IMG/VR virus record: IMGVR_UViG_3300028886_000055
Location: 64,001 to 128,000 of that record
From: a virus
Lineage: Duplodnaviria > Caudoviricetes
Length of the DNA: 64,000 nt
Reading direction: 5' to 3' (one strand)
In this document: positions 36,873-46,024 of the stretch, piece by piece
Numbering within the stretch: the stretch's first letter is position 1
Layout: each line of letters opens with the position of its first letter
The notes under the pieces: model-generated
Told to the model about the DNA's origin: nothing
Databases searched by the model: none
The model's input: only the letters and a program-made list of their open reading frames with translations
Program-made: the position numbers and the translations under genes

Positions 36873-37319
36873 ATGACACCAAACATTAAGAAAACAGAAA
36901 CGGGAGTATCTGTACAAATAGTACTCCCGTTTGTTGAAGGGAATAGTATTCCCAAGTTGAGAAAGACACCTAAATATCAGTGTCTCAAAGACAACAAAGA
37001 AGCGTTAATCAAGGCCGTTAAAACACGTATGCAAGCGTGTTATGACGATCTTGTTGCAGGAATGGACAACATCGTGTATAATGATGGTATGACCATTCAT
37101 TACAAAATTGAGGATAAATATTCTTATTTCAACCTTCCGAGTTGGGAGGTTATGGAGAAGCTTCTCAAAGCACTTGAGGAGGATGCTTATTATAACTGGG
37201 ATATTCCCATGTATGAGCAACTTCTCAAGTCAGTTGTTCTGCATTCTGAGGCCACACTTTATAAGGATTATGACAAGATGGTTTGTTATTTAATTAACCA
37301 TCTTGCGGTTCAAGGTTGA
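36873..37319 (+). CDS. hypothetical protein
   Basis: ORF track. Confidence 0.7.
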   Translation: MTPNIKKTETGVSVQIVLPFVEGNSIPKLRKTPKYQCLKDNKEALIKAVKTRMQACYDDLVAGMDNIVYNDGMTIHYKIEDKYSYFNLPSWEVMEKLLKALEEDAYYNWDIPMYEQLLKSVVLHSEATLYKDYDKMVCYLINHLAVQG

Positions 37320-37344
37320 AATCCCTGGCTCTTTAAGAGCCAAA

Positions 37345-37402
37345 ATCCCTGACAAGTCTAGACCTTCACGTGGGTCAGGGGTCGCATTAGCGCATACTAG
37401 AC
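37345..37402 (+). ncRNA. minimal HDV-like ribozyme candidate
   Basis: P1 ATCCCTG/CAGGGGT, P2 GTCTAG/CTAGAC, P3 ACC/GGT, L3 TTCACGTG, P4 CGC/GCG, J4/2 CATA. Confidence 0.6.
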
Positions 37403-37627
37403 ATTGCTCTTTTATCTTTTCTATGCTGCGAAGAATAGTAACAGCCGCTTAAGTAAAAGGTTGAATTGCCAGATATAAATAACTGGAACCCATAAATAGA
37501 GAGATTCGTTCAACTTCAGAAACTTTGTTTTCATTTTTCTCTTCCATATTGATAAAGCACTTAACATTGAAAGAATCTCTCTATTTTCTCTTACCTTAAA
37601 TAAATCCTGGGTAAGCAGGTGAACACT

Positions 37628-37897
37628 ATGCGTAAGTATAGCCATATCAACAAGAACCGCAAGAATGGTGTCAATCGCTCCTACCTTCGTATGAAGAAGG
37701 AACGTAAGACACGCTCCTTTTCTTTCGCTGGTGTCAAGCTAGACATCCAACTGAACAACCGTGGCGGCATCGTAGATGTACAGCCACGTATTGGCGATCT
37801 CTTTAACAGAATCTGTGGTCGTCAGTGGGGTCTTCTCGAAGTTAAGAACATTCTTCGAGACGAGTGTATAGATTTTGCTAACTCTAACAAGAACTAA
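37628..37897 (+). CDS. basic hypothetical protein
   Basis: ORF track (ATG of MRKYS). Confidence 0.65.
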   Translation: MRKYSHINKNRKNGVNRSYLRMKKERKTRSFSFAGVKLDIQLNNRGGIVDVQPRIGDLFNRICGRQWGLLEVKNILRDECIDFANSNKN

Positions 37898-37900
37898 ACT

Positions 37901-38263
37901 ATGGCACGAGTTAACTACGATAATTTTGACTACAAGCAAGCAACTGCCAAATTCAATATGGTGCGTATGCACTATATTGGAAAGGCAGTACAGAAGGCAG
38001 AAATCAAACAAGCCATTCTTACTTCAGGTTTAGGATGGCATTCTATCCTATTAACGATCTTAATCAATCACAAATGTGTGATTAAAGAAGGTCGTGGTCG
38101 TGCTTGTAAGTTGTTCTTTACAAAAGAACCACTCCACTTTACACAGCTCTACGATGCGCATAAAGCGTATTTAAGAGCAAGAAGAGAAAAGAAAACAGAG
38201 GTCAAACCCGTACAGAATGAAACTGAGAAAATTCCTTATTGGACATCGACCACAACTTGGTAA
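37901..38263 (+). CDS. hypothetical protein
   Basis: ORF track. Confidence 0.65.
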   Translation: MARVNYDNFDYKQATAKFNMVRMHYIGKAVQKAEIKQAILTSGLGWHSILLTILINHKCVIKEGRGRACKLFFTKEPLHFTQLYDAHKAYLRARREKKTEVKPVQNETEKIPYWTSTTTW

Positions 38264-38416
38264 TGACCTCTTAAAGGTAATTGGAGGGCTTGCTTTTATA
38301 GTAAGCCTTCCAGTTACTATCGTTTTGCTAGCATCTCCTAATAAAATTTGGGAGATGATTATACCCTCTTTAATCATACTGGTAAGTTCTTTTATAATTT
38401 TAATAAAGAAATAACT

Positions 38417-38692
38417 ATGAATTACTATATTACTATTTTATCGTCTAACGACGATTACGATGAGATAGCAGATAAAATGCTAAAGTTGTTTGGTACGTTG
38501 CACATCTTTTTGCGCAACGATATCAAGACGATTGAGATCAAGGACCATGAAGTTGATCAGCCTATTTACGATAAGCTGACCAAAATCATAAACGATCTGG
38601 ATGCGACTGCATTCATGTTCAAAGCTGATCCTAACCAACTTGAGGAAATGTGTGCTTCCGAAGTTGAAACAATTCCGACTCTCAGTTGGTGA
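38417..38692 (+). CDS. hypothetical protein
   Basis: ORF track; likely start MNYYIT. Confidence 0.6.
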   Translation: MNYYITILSSNDDYDEIADKMLKLFGTLHIFLRNDIKTIEIKDHEVDQPIYDKLTKIINDLDATAFMFKADPNQLEEMCASEVETIPTLSW

Positions 38693-38834
38693 TGGGGACG
38701 TTTATCTTTTGGCTTTGTGAACAGCCATCCTGGAGCATTCCTCTGATTCTTATCGGAGGAATTCTCCTTTTTATCTGCATCCTTACAGGTATTGCAGATT
38801 TAATTGAACATTATCAATTTAAAAACTTTGAAAA

Positions 38835-39095
38835 ATGAAGTATCTTATCAAATTTAACAATGGTAATGACGAAATGCTCATCATTAGTGACGATGCATTT
38901 TACGGCTTTATTCGTATTGCCGTTCAGCATAACAAGGACATCATGGATTTTCATGTGACATGCTATCCTGACGACACGATGATTTATCGTTGTGTTTACG
39001 CAGGAAAAGCACACTATTACACTTATGAGGACTTTAAGAAATTCTTTAATCACGAGGGCGGACAGCATCGTGACCTCAGAATTACAATCGCATGA
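38835..39095 (+). CDS. hypothetical protein
   Basis: ORF track; ATGA overlap with the next gene. Confidence 0.65.
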   Translation: MKYLIKFNNGNDEMLIISDDAFYGFIRIAVQHNKDIMDFHVTCYPDDTMIYRCVYAGKAHYYTYEDFKKFFNHEGGQHRDLRITIA

Positions 39096-39490
39096 AGTGT
39101 AGAATTTGCGGATCAGAAATTGACCACGAAATATATATTTGTGGTCAAGAAATGGTTGATCGTCAACTCTGTTTCACTTGTAATCACTGGCAAAATCAGC
39201 TTGAAGCTGATAAAGAGCGTGGTGATTACAAGTGGACAGTGATTGATGGAGGACATTACGTCATTGCACCAGAGAATGAAAAATCCAGATTCAGAGGTTT
39301 TGGTGGACAAAAATTTATCATTATCTTTGAAGATGGAACTATTGTTAGAACTACCAATCTTTGGTTCCAAGGACACATACCTCCTGAATGGAAATCGCAG
39401 TTTCCTGACAATGCTGTTTTTGCTGACAATCGAAAATGGCAGAAAATTGGAGATTGTGAGTATCTTGCTCCGTCTATCTCGACGACATAG
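39092..39490 (+). CDS. zinc-ribbon phage hypothetical protein
   Basis: CRIC...CFTC..W, RGFGG, TNLWFQG. Confidence 0.75.
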   Translation: MKCRICGSEIDHEIYICGQEMVDRQLCFTCNHWQNQLEADKERGDYKWTVIDGGHYVIAPENEKSRFRGFGGQKFIIIFEDGTIVRTTNLWFQGHIPPEWKSQFPDNAVFADNRKWQKIGDCEYLAPSISTT

Positions 39491-39774
39491 AGAGGCTTTC
39501 GTAAGGTTGAAGTTACCATCCGTACAATGGTTAAACCTTACCTAGAAGCACAATAGGTATTGTGTGATGAGAGGGCACCTTCTTATCTGAAAGAAAATGG
39601 TGACGAGGCAGCTGATAATTTGCAATACGCAGCTGTGACATAGATCTGTTATAAGCCTCCAATCGTGAGCAGATTGTGCTACTTAACAATCTATAATGAG
39701 TGTAACTTGCAAAACTCTGTAAAAACTTCTGCAAGTAGGTTGCCGACATCCCTAAGAGACAATTGTCGGTACAA

Positions 39775-39845
39775 TGAGGTTTGGTGTAATGGCAGCACAC
39801 AACATTTTGGATGTTGTAGTACAGGTCCGAATCCTGTAATCTCAA
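39775..39845 (+). tRNA. tRNA-Gln(UUG)
   Basis: TGAGGTT/AATCTCA acceptor; TT-TTG-GA loop. Confidence 0.85.
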
Positions 39846-39985
39846 CTCGTTTGTCATGATGTTTAAAGGTTAAACGGTAGCTGTGCCTGCTGAACTCTGT
39901 GAAGATAGTAAGCTAAAACAGCATTTATTATTAAATATTAACTAATATTAATTACTATTAGATTTTTAATATAGATATTTTTTAT

Positions 39986-39993
39986 TACATTTG
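39986..39993 (+). promoter_or_regulatory. Bacteroidetes -7 promoter element (TAnnTTTG)
   Basis: TACATTTG 4 nt before tRNA-Pro. Confidence 0.6.
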
Positions 39994-39997
39994 TAAT

Positions 39998-40071
39998 AGG
40001 GAAGGAGCCAGTAAGGATGGGCACTAGTTTTGGGAACTAGATGAAAGCAGGAGCGTTACCTGTCTTCCCTA
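39998..40071 (+). tRNA. atypical tRNA-Pro(UGG)
   Basis: AGGGAAG/CTTCCCT acceptor, CTAGT-TTTGGGA-ACTAG anticodon arm, T-loop AGCGTTA. Confidence 0.75.
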
Positions 40072-40109
40072 CTTAGATAAATACAAAAACAAATATAAAT
40101 GATTACATT

Positions 40110-40886
40110 ATGGATTACACTTAGGTTATAGGAAATACAAATGAATTAAAATGTATGATTGCATTTATGGAATTAGGATACGATTGTTCAATTCCATATG
40201 GAAACTGTTCAAAATACGATTTTATTGTAGATTTAGGGGATAAATTTATTAAAATACAATGTAAAAGCTCTCATTATGTAAGAAAACACGGAAGTCAAAA
40301 AGAAGATGCTTTTACTTTTTCCACTGTTTGTAGTACGCTTAATACGAAAGAAAAAATTACGTATAAATATAATAATAATCAAATAGATTATTTTGCTACT
40401 AGTTTTAATAAACAAGTTTATGTTATTCCGTTTAAAGAATGTGAAGGATTAACATCTAAAACATTAAGACTAGCTCCTCCAGCAAATGGAAATTCAAATT
40501 GTTCTTATGCGGAAGAATATCTTATAGAAAAACAATTCCCTGAATATCAACCATATATAGAGTCTAAAGAAAAATATTTGAGCCGAAACATAAAACCATC
40601 TATAGGAATATCTAATCCAGATTTATTTAAATGCTCTGAATGTGGAGCTGAAACAACTGTTAAAAACGGTTTATGTATAAATTGTGCTAGAGAAAAATCT
40701 AGAAAAGCAGAAAGGCCAGATAGAGAAACTTTAAAAAGTTTAATTAGAACAACACCATTTACTACCATAGGAAAAAATTATAATGTTACAGATAATACTA
40801 TACGTAAATGGTGTAAAGCATATAATCTCCCTCATAAAAGTTCTGAAATAAAGAATATTTCAGATGTTGATTGGGAATTAATATAA
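40110..40886 (+). CDS. PD-(D/E)XK homing-type endonuclease with Zn-finger/HTH (TAG at codon 5)
   Basis: MDYT(Q)VIGNTNELKC...KYDFIVD...KIQCKS; C-terminal IGKNYNVTDNTIRKWCK. Confidence 0.85.
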
Positions 40887-41003
40887 TGATAAAGATTTGT
40901 TTGTGCCAGACCCCATGTCTGATGTTTTTTGGGTTAATTACCGAAAGTATGTGAATATAAGTAGGTAATTTTTATTTTGTTTAATCATTAAAACTCTATA
41001 AAG

Positions 41004-41327
41004 ATGAATATGCAATTTATTCAAGAACGTATTAAAGAGATTAAAAAAAATGTTCCAAATTTTAAGTTGGACATCACTTATGCAATTATTTATCCTACAG
41101 TTGGCAAATTGAAGTTCTGTAATCGTTCTGAAATGATTGCAGAACTAGGTATTCTTAAAGACCAAGATGTAGCTCACATGGAGATCATCTGGGTAAACAA
41201 GAATATGGCAGTAGACTCAGCATTACACATTGCCAGACAATTTGATCTGGAGTATGAAGTAATGTATGACATTACGGCTAATTGTATGACGCCGTATCAA
41301 GCACTTCAAGAGTGGGATATTATTTAA
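41004..41327 (+). CDS. hypothetical protein
   Basis: ORF track; terminator hairpin 41310-41342. Confidence 0.7.
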   Translation: MNMQFIQERIKEIKKNVPNFKLDITYAIIYPTVGKLKFCNRSEMIAELGILKDQDVAHMEIIWVNKNMAVDSALHIARQFDLEYEVMYDITANCMTPYQALQEWDII

Positions 41328-41397
41328 TCCCACTCTTTTTTTAAATGAGAGATAATTTTATTTTTTAATTTACATTTAAACTTATATATTTGTAAAC

Positions 41398-42261
41398 ATG
41401 ATTAGCAAAAAATACTTTGGAGAGAAAGGTCTTACCAGTACGTCTGCCAACTATTTGACAAATGTAGGACAAGAAGCCCTTACTGGGTATAAGACTACTT
41501 TAGACAATCTGAGATGGTACAGCGAGACTATGGTTCTTCTTTCTTCTGGAAAGGAAGTTCCTATGGTGAATGGTAACACACCAACTTTAGAGGAGATTAA
41601 AGTCATCATCAACGAGATGAGCAAGATCAACGCCTTCTGTGCTTGGATACGTGAAGCCATTAAAGCTAAGGAGGTTCTTGAAGGAGAATTTCCTGATTTC
41701 GACGAGTGGAAGGCAGATAAAGAAACAGTATCTTCACCTGCTCGTCCTCAACGTTTCACTGAAGCTGATGTTGTAGCCGAGTTTGATGTTAAGAAGCTCA
41801 ATGAGTATCTTACTCTTGAGGCTTATGCAGCAACTCTCGGTAAGTTAATTCATCAAAATGGTTCAATTAGCACTGCACGTAAGCAATTACATAACGTGCT
41901 AGAAACTCCCAACTCTGTTGATAAGATGGATAGCGATGTAGTGATTACACGCTATACTCCGATTCTCAACACAAATGAGGTTGATGATTGGTACATGCAA
42001 CTTCAAAACAAATACCGTGAGGTAGAACGTCAACTTAATCAGATCAAGTATCAGATTAAGGAAGAAGTTGCTACACGCAATCGTGTTGCTCAAACTCAAT
42101 ACAACGCTGAACTTAGAAAGTATAATGCTGAACAAGAGCAATTGTTCGCTGAATACCGTACTGAGTCAGAAGCGTATCGTAATGAGATTGCTAAGTTAAA
42201 AATTATCGTTCCTCGAGAACTTGAAGGAACGTTCAATCATCTTCAATCTTTAGGTAAGTGA
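41398..42261 (+). CDS. coiled-coil hypothetical protein
   Basis: ORF track; TATATTTG promoter immediately upstream. Confidence 0.85.
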   Translation: MISKKYFGEKGLTSTSANYLTNVGQEALTGYKTTLDNLRWYSETMVLLSSGKEVPMVNGNTPTLEEIKVIINEMSKINAFCAWIREAIKAKEVLEGEFPDFDEWKADKETVSSPARPQRFTEADVVAEFDVKKLNEYLTLEAYAATLGKLIHQNGSISTARKQLHNVLETPNSVDKMDSDVVITRYTPILNTNEVDDWYMQLQNKYREVERQLNQIKYQIKEEVATRNRVAQTQYNAELRKYNAEQEQLFAEYRTESEAYRNEIAKLKIIVPRELEGTFNHLQSLGK

Positions 42262-42524
42262 TTTATCTAAAGTAGAATAGGTTCAAGAACTTGATTCTCA
42301 TTGGAATCTAATCTTGATTTACAGAGATAAGAAAGAAACGTCATATTTATAAATTATGTACATTACTCAAAGTTTAGTTAACTTTGTACCTTCGTTGGGA
42401 AGGACTGGCGTTTCTATCGAAATTAAAGAACTCTCTGTCTTCGTCTTCGTTGATAGAAACGGTCTTTGTCTAGGACTTAGACTTTGTTGTAGTTGTTTCT
42501 TTCTTATCTTTGACTATTTTTTAA

Positions 42525-42595
42525 GGCCCTGTAGTTTAGAAGCAGAACGCAAGATTTTCATTCTTGAGAACACGGAGCGTTACCGTGCTGGGCTA
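42525..42595 (+). tRNA. tRNA-Glu(UUC), atypical T-loop
   Basis: CAAGA-TTTTCAT-TCTTG anticodon arm; T-loop AGCGTTA. Confidence 0.75.
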
Positions 42596-42671
42596 CTATA
42601 ATACAAAACTTCACCAACTATAATCAGCGATTTGGAAGTTTATGCAAGCTGAAGTTTTGTATTTTACATAT

Positions 42672-42741
42672 TGTGGGTTAGTGAAACTGGAATCATGTGG
42701 GGCTCATAACCCTTCGTTGCCGTTCGAGTCGGCGCCCGCCA
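42672..42741 (+). tRNA. initiator-type tRNA-Met(CAU)
   Basis: GGG/CCC anticodon stem, unpaired 1:72. Confidence 0.75.
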
Positions 42742-42842
42742 CTAATTTAAAGTTCACGTGAATTTTTAACGTGCTTGGTTTATCATAAGATTGGTTCGAC
42801 TCCTTAGTGTAACGGTAGCACGATGATAAATCAAACATAAAA

Positions 42843-43000
42843 CGGAAAATAGTGTAACGGTAGCACTCCCCTTTAGGTAGGGTACTTCGGGAATAATAGC
42901 GCGGAATACCGAAGACGATATATAAATGTTTCAATTCAATAATTGCGCAGTTATAGAAATATTTATATATTGAGTGAAGGTTCGAATCCTTCTTTTCCGA
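42843..43000 (+). ncRNA. tRNA-Pro-like RNA with a structured insertion of about 90 nt
   Basis: CGGAAAA/TTTTCCG-A acceptor, intact D and T arms, two inserted hairpins. Confidence 0.65.
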
Positions 43001-43117
43001 CTAAATTGGAATTTATTTAATAGAAATGTAATTCTTGGTAGTGTAAGTAGGGTTCGATTCCTGTAAATAGTAACTTACTGTATTTTTATTAAATATCTAG
43101 CTAGAATTCCAATTTTA

Positions 43118-43768
43118 GATCTCGTAGCTCAGTTGGTTTTTAGAGCACCACACTTTGATTTAAGAGTGCTATGGCGAGAAATCCCATAGTAGAATCACCT
43201 AAATTCGGTGGAAACCCTTTTTATACTGATAATATAAATTCATTTGTATATAAAATTTATGTTAAAATAAATATAAAACTTTTGAATATAAATAGCGTCT
43301 TGGCTATATCCAAGCAATAATATCAGTAACACTAACCAATAATGTGTAAGGACAATACCGAGCGAAAATAATGAATCAGATAATATATTGAATATTCTGT
43401 GGGAAGGAATTGTTCCATACCTGACATTATTCATTATAATCGTGTAGAGACTGAACGGGTGATACCGTAAATTAGTAAAGAGATTATATGTGTAGAACGG
43501 TGCTGGTGAAATGGGTACCTTTAAGGCTTGTCCTTTGAAGCATATAATTTGGAGCAGTTCACCCTCCACTAATACGGTACTTAGACAGTCCAGACCACAA
43601 CAAATGAGATAGTATAGAGCTGGCACGGCTGTTCGGCTGATATAAACCGAATAATAAATGTGCAAAAAGTTGATTTGTTTCAAACTATCGGTGATGTTTC
43701 ATTTGGCTATGGTAACATAGAGTGGTAGGTTAATGTGGGAGTCCTGGGTTCGAATCCCAGCGGGATCA
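43118..43768 (+). tRNA. tRNA-Lys(UUU) split by a group I intron (exons 43118-43155, 43730-43768)
   Basis: joined exons give CCACA-CTT|TTAA-TGTGG and a GATCTCG/CGGGATC acceptor. Confidence 0.88.
43156..43729 (+). mobile_element. group I intron, no intact ORF
   Basis: P1 CACUU/GAGUG with U.G; AAATTCGGTGGAAACC, CAATACCGAGC, GTAGAGACTGAACG, ACAGTCC core; terminal G. Confidence 0.88.
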
Positions 43769-43772
43769 CTAA

Positions 43773-43854
43773 GCGGTTGTGCTGTAACTGGTAGCCAGGT
43801 CTGGTTTAGGCCCAGATGTCGAAAGGCGTGGGGGTTCGAGTCCCTTCAACCGCA
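43773..43854 (+). tRNA. tRNA-Leu(UAG)
   Basis: type II cloverleaf, TT-TAG-GC loop. Confidence 0.9.
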
Positions 43855-43882
43855 CATTTATTAACAATTAATTTATTTAATT

Positions 43883-44326
43883 ATGAACAAGGTAGTTTAT
43901 AACAACTGTTATGGAGGATTTGGTTTAAGTATGAAGGCAGTTGCTCATATTCTCCGACAGAACAAACCAGATATTGAACTATTCTTTTATAAAGAAGATG
44001 TTAAAAATGATGATTGGCACTATACAAAGTGTAGTGAAGCTGAAGCTACTCACGTCTTTCTGAGAGACTTTGGAGACGAATTTTATTATAAGCAAGTGAA
44101 TCAAGTACAATTTAATGATAATGTTGTTTATGATTCACAAGTTTATACGAGTCGTCATGATCCTCGCTTAATTAAAGCGGTTGAAGAACTCGGAGAAGAA
44201 GTTAACAGCGATTACGCAGAACTTCGTATTGCTGAAATTAATTCTGATTTATATCTTATCCGAGAATATGATGGTCTGGAAAGAGTAGTAACTCCAGAGG
44301 ATGTGGAATGGATTAAAATTGAATAA
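43883..44326 (+). CDS. conserved phage hypothetical protein
   Basis: KVVYNNCYGGFGLS...RHDPRLIKAVEELG...EYDGLE. Confidence 0.8.
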   Translation: MNKVVYNNCYGGFGLSMKAVAHILRQNKPDIELFFYKEDVKNDDWHYTKCSEAEATHVFLRDFGDEFYYKQVNQVQFNDNVVYDSQVYTSRHDPRLIKAVEELGEEVNSDYAELRIAEINSDLYLIREYDGLERVVTPEDVEWIKIE

Positions 44327-44327
44327 T

Positions 44328-44546
44328 ATGAAGAAGCGAAAGAAATTCCCGGATATTCCGTGTATCATAGTAAAATGTGTAGAGCTTTCTGATCAATGGG
44401 AAACTGATGCAGATAGAACGCCTATGTTATACTTTAATTCTGCAAAAGAATTAGAAAATTTTGATCCGAATTATTATTATGAAGTTTATCTTATCGAAAA
44501 CGGAGAACTTGTTCTTAGTAAAAAACTTAGCACTTATCGAATTTAA
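44328..44546 (+). CDS. hypothetical protein
   Basis: ORF track; likely start MKKRKK. Confidence 0.6.
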   Translation: MKKRKKFPDIPCIIVKCVELSDQWETDADRTPMLYFNSAKELENFDPNYYYEVYLIENGELVLSKKLSTYRI

Positions 44547-44642
44547 ATTGAATATCTCATAATTTCATTTAATGACCTAAGCATGTCTTAAAACTGCTTA
44601 AATTGCTCGATTGGCGAAATTCTAGGTAAACGCAGTAGACTT

Positions 44643-45656
44643 AGAGGATATTTTTATTCTAAAGATTTTCATTAACTAAATTTAACAATTTTGACTTGGA
44701 AGACTCGAAATTTTTCTTTATATTTGTGTATATAAATAATACATAATATGAGTAAGGAAAAATATACAAACGAAGAATTTATTCAAGCCGTTGCTAAAAA
44801 TAAATCTTATGCAGGAGTAATGAAACAATTAGGTTTAAAACCTGCTGGAGGAAATTATGCAACTGTAAAGAAAAAGATCCAAGAGTTAAATTTAGATACA
44901 TCACATTTTACAGGTAAAGGTTGGAATACTGGTTTAAAGTTTAAACCAAAAGTCGCAAAGCCTTTGTCTGAAATAATGGTGGAAAATAGTAATTATCAGT
45001 CTTATAAACTTTCTCAAAGATTAATAAAAGAGGGTTTAAAAGAGCATAAATGTGAGAATTGTGGGAGAACTGAATGGGAAGGATTTCCTATTGCATTAGA
45101 ACTGCATCATATAAATGGTGTACATACTGATAATAGATTTGAAAACCTACAAATGTTATGCCCTAATTGTCACGCTATGACTGATAATTATAGAGGTAAA
45201 AATATCAAATTGAGTGCACAGAAAGAAATTTCTGATGTAGAACCTTGTAAATTCAAGGAAACCTTAACAGATAATGCTGATGGCAATCTTGAGCCAAGCC
45301 AAAATGTTATTTTGGAAGGTGCAGAGACTAGACACAAGGAACCTAAACCTAAAAAGAAAAAGATTTTAGAGCCAAAATATTGTGCGTATTGTGGTATTGA
45401 ACTAATAGGAAGTGCTAGAAAAAACAAATATTGTTCATCAGAATGTGCACATAAAGCTAATGGAAGTAAAAGACCTGACGTTTTTACATTGTTAAATGAT
45501 TTCAAAGAATTAAAATCGTTCGTACAAGTTGGTAAAAAATATGGTGTAACTGACAATTCTGTTAGAAAATGGTGTAAACTCTATGGAATTTTAGACAGGG
45601 TTAAGGAATAGTCCAGCCTACAAACTTAAAAAGGTAGTGAAAACTATAGTAGGAAG
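44643..45656 (+). mobile_element. group I intron carrying an HNH endonuclease
   Basis: AAATTCAAGGAAACC, GGCAATCTTGAGCCAA, GGTGCAGAGACT, ATAGTCC resemble the trnL(UAA) intron core; terminal G. Confidence 0.9.
44748..45611 (+). CDS. intron-encoded HNH endonuclease with C-terminal Zn-finger/HTH
   Basis: CENC...LELHHINGVHTDNRFENLQMLCPNCH; own TATATTTG promoter at about 44719. Confidence 0.9.
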   Translation: MSKEKYTNEEFIQAVAKNKSYAGVMKQLGLKPAGGNYATVKKKIQELNLDTSHFTGKGWNTGLKFKPKVAKPLSEIMVENSNYQSYKLSQRLIKEGLKEHKCENCGRTEWEGFPIALELHHINGVHTDNRFENLQMLCPNCHAMTDNYRGKNIKLSAQKEISDVEPCKFKETLTDNADGNLEPSQNVILEGAETRHKEPKPKKKKILEPKYCAYCGIELIGSARKNKYCSSECAHKANGSKRPDVFTLLNDFKELKSFVQVGKKYGVTDNSVRKWCKLYGILDRVKE

Positions 45657-46024
45657 AAAATCTACCGGTCTGAAAAGGCCTTGCTGGTTCGAGTCCAGTA
45701 TCGAGCACTAATTAAACAAAAAATATAACACTGAGGTGGACTTCAAACGCAAAACCTATTAAACTAGGCGTATGTGCGAAGTATTAGAGTTGGGAAGGAT
45801 CGCTACCTTGGTAAGTGTTGTATTTTATAATCCTTTTCAGCGTTTACGGTGTAACAGAGCGCTACGCTTGGTCTATAAGTACCTTGAACTTACAAAAACC
45901 GTTAACTGTCGTATTAGGTAGAGGAAGCCTAATATTCATAATTATTAGAGGTGGCTAATATAACCTTTTGCTCATATTGTTTGCTCAGTATCCACCTATA
46001 CTGAGCTTTTTAAAATTAAGGATT

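Larger units (their letters stand above)
44605..45707 (+). tRNA. tRNA-Leu(UAA) split by a group I intron (exons 44605-44642, 45657-45707)
   Basis: joined exons give GTAGA-CTT|AAAA-TCTAC, long variable arm, GCTCGAT/ATCGAGC acceptor. Confidence 0.9.

Noticed and set aside
42400-42520. Possible DGR template repeat or CRISPR array
   Set aside because: It does not align with the variable region at 55522-55632 and has no repeat-spacer organisation.
43494-43572. Possible tRNA nested in the P8 loop of the Lys intron (ends CCACTA)
   Set aside because: I could not build a cloverleaf.
43240-43683. 147-aa minus-strand ORF
   Set aside because: It is antisense to the tRNA-Lys group I intron, starts at a non-ATG codon and has no protein motif.
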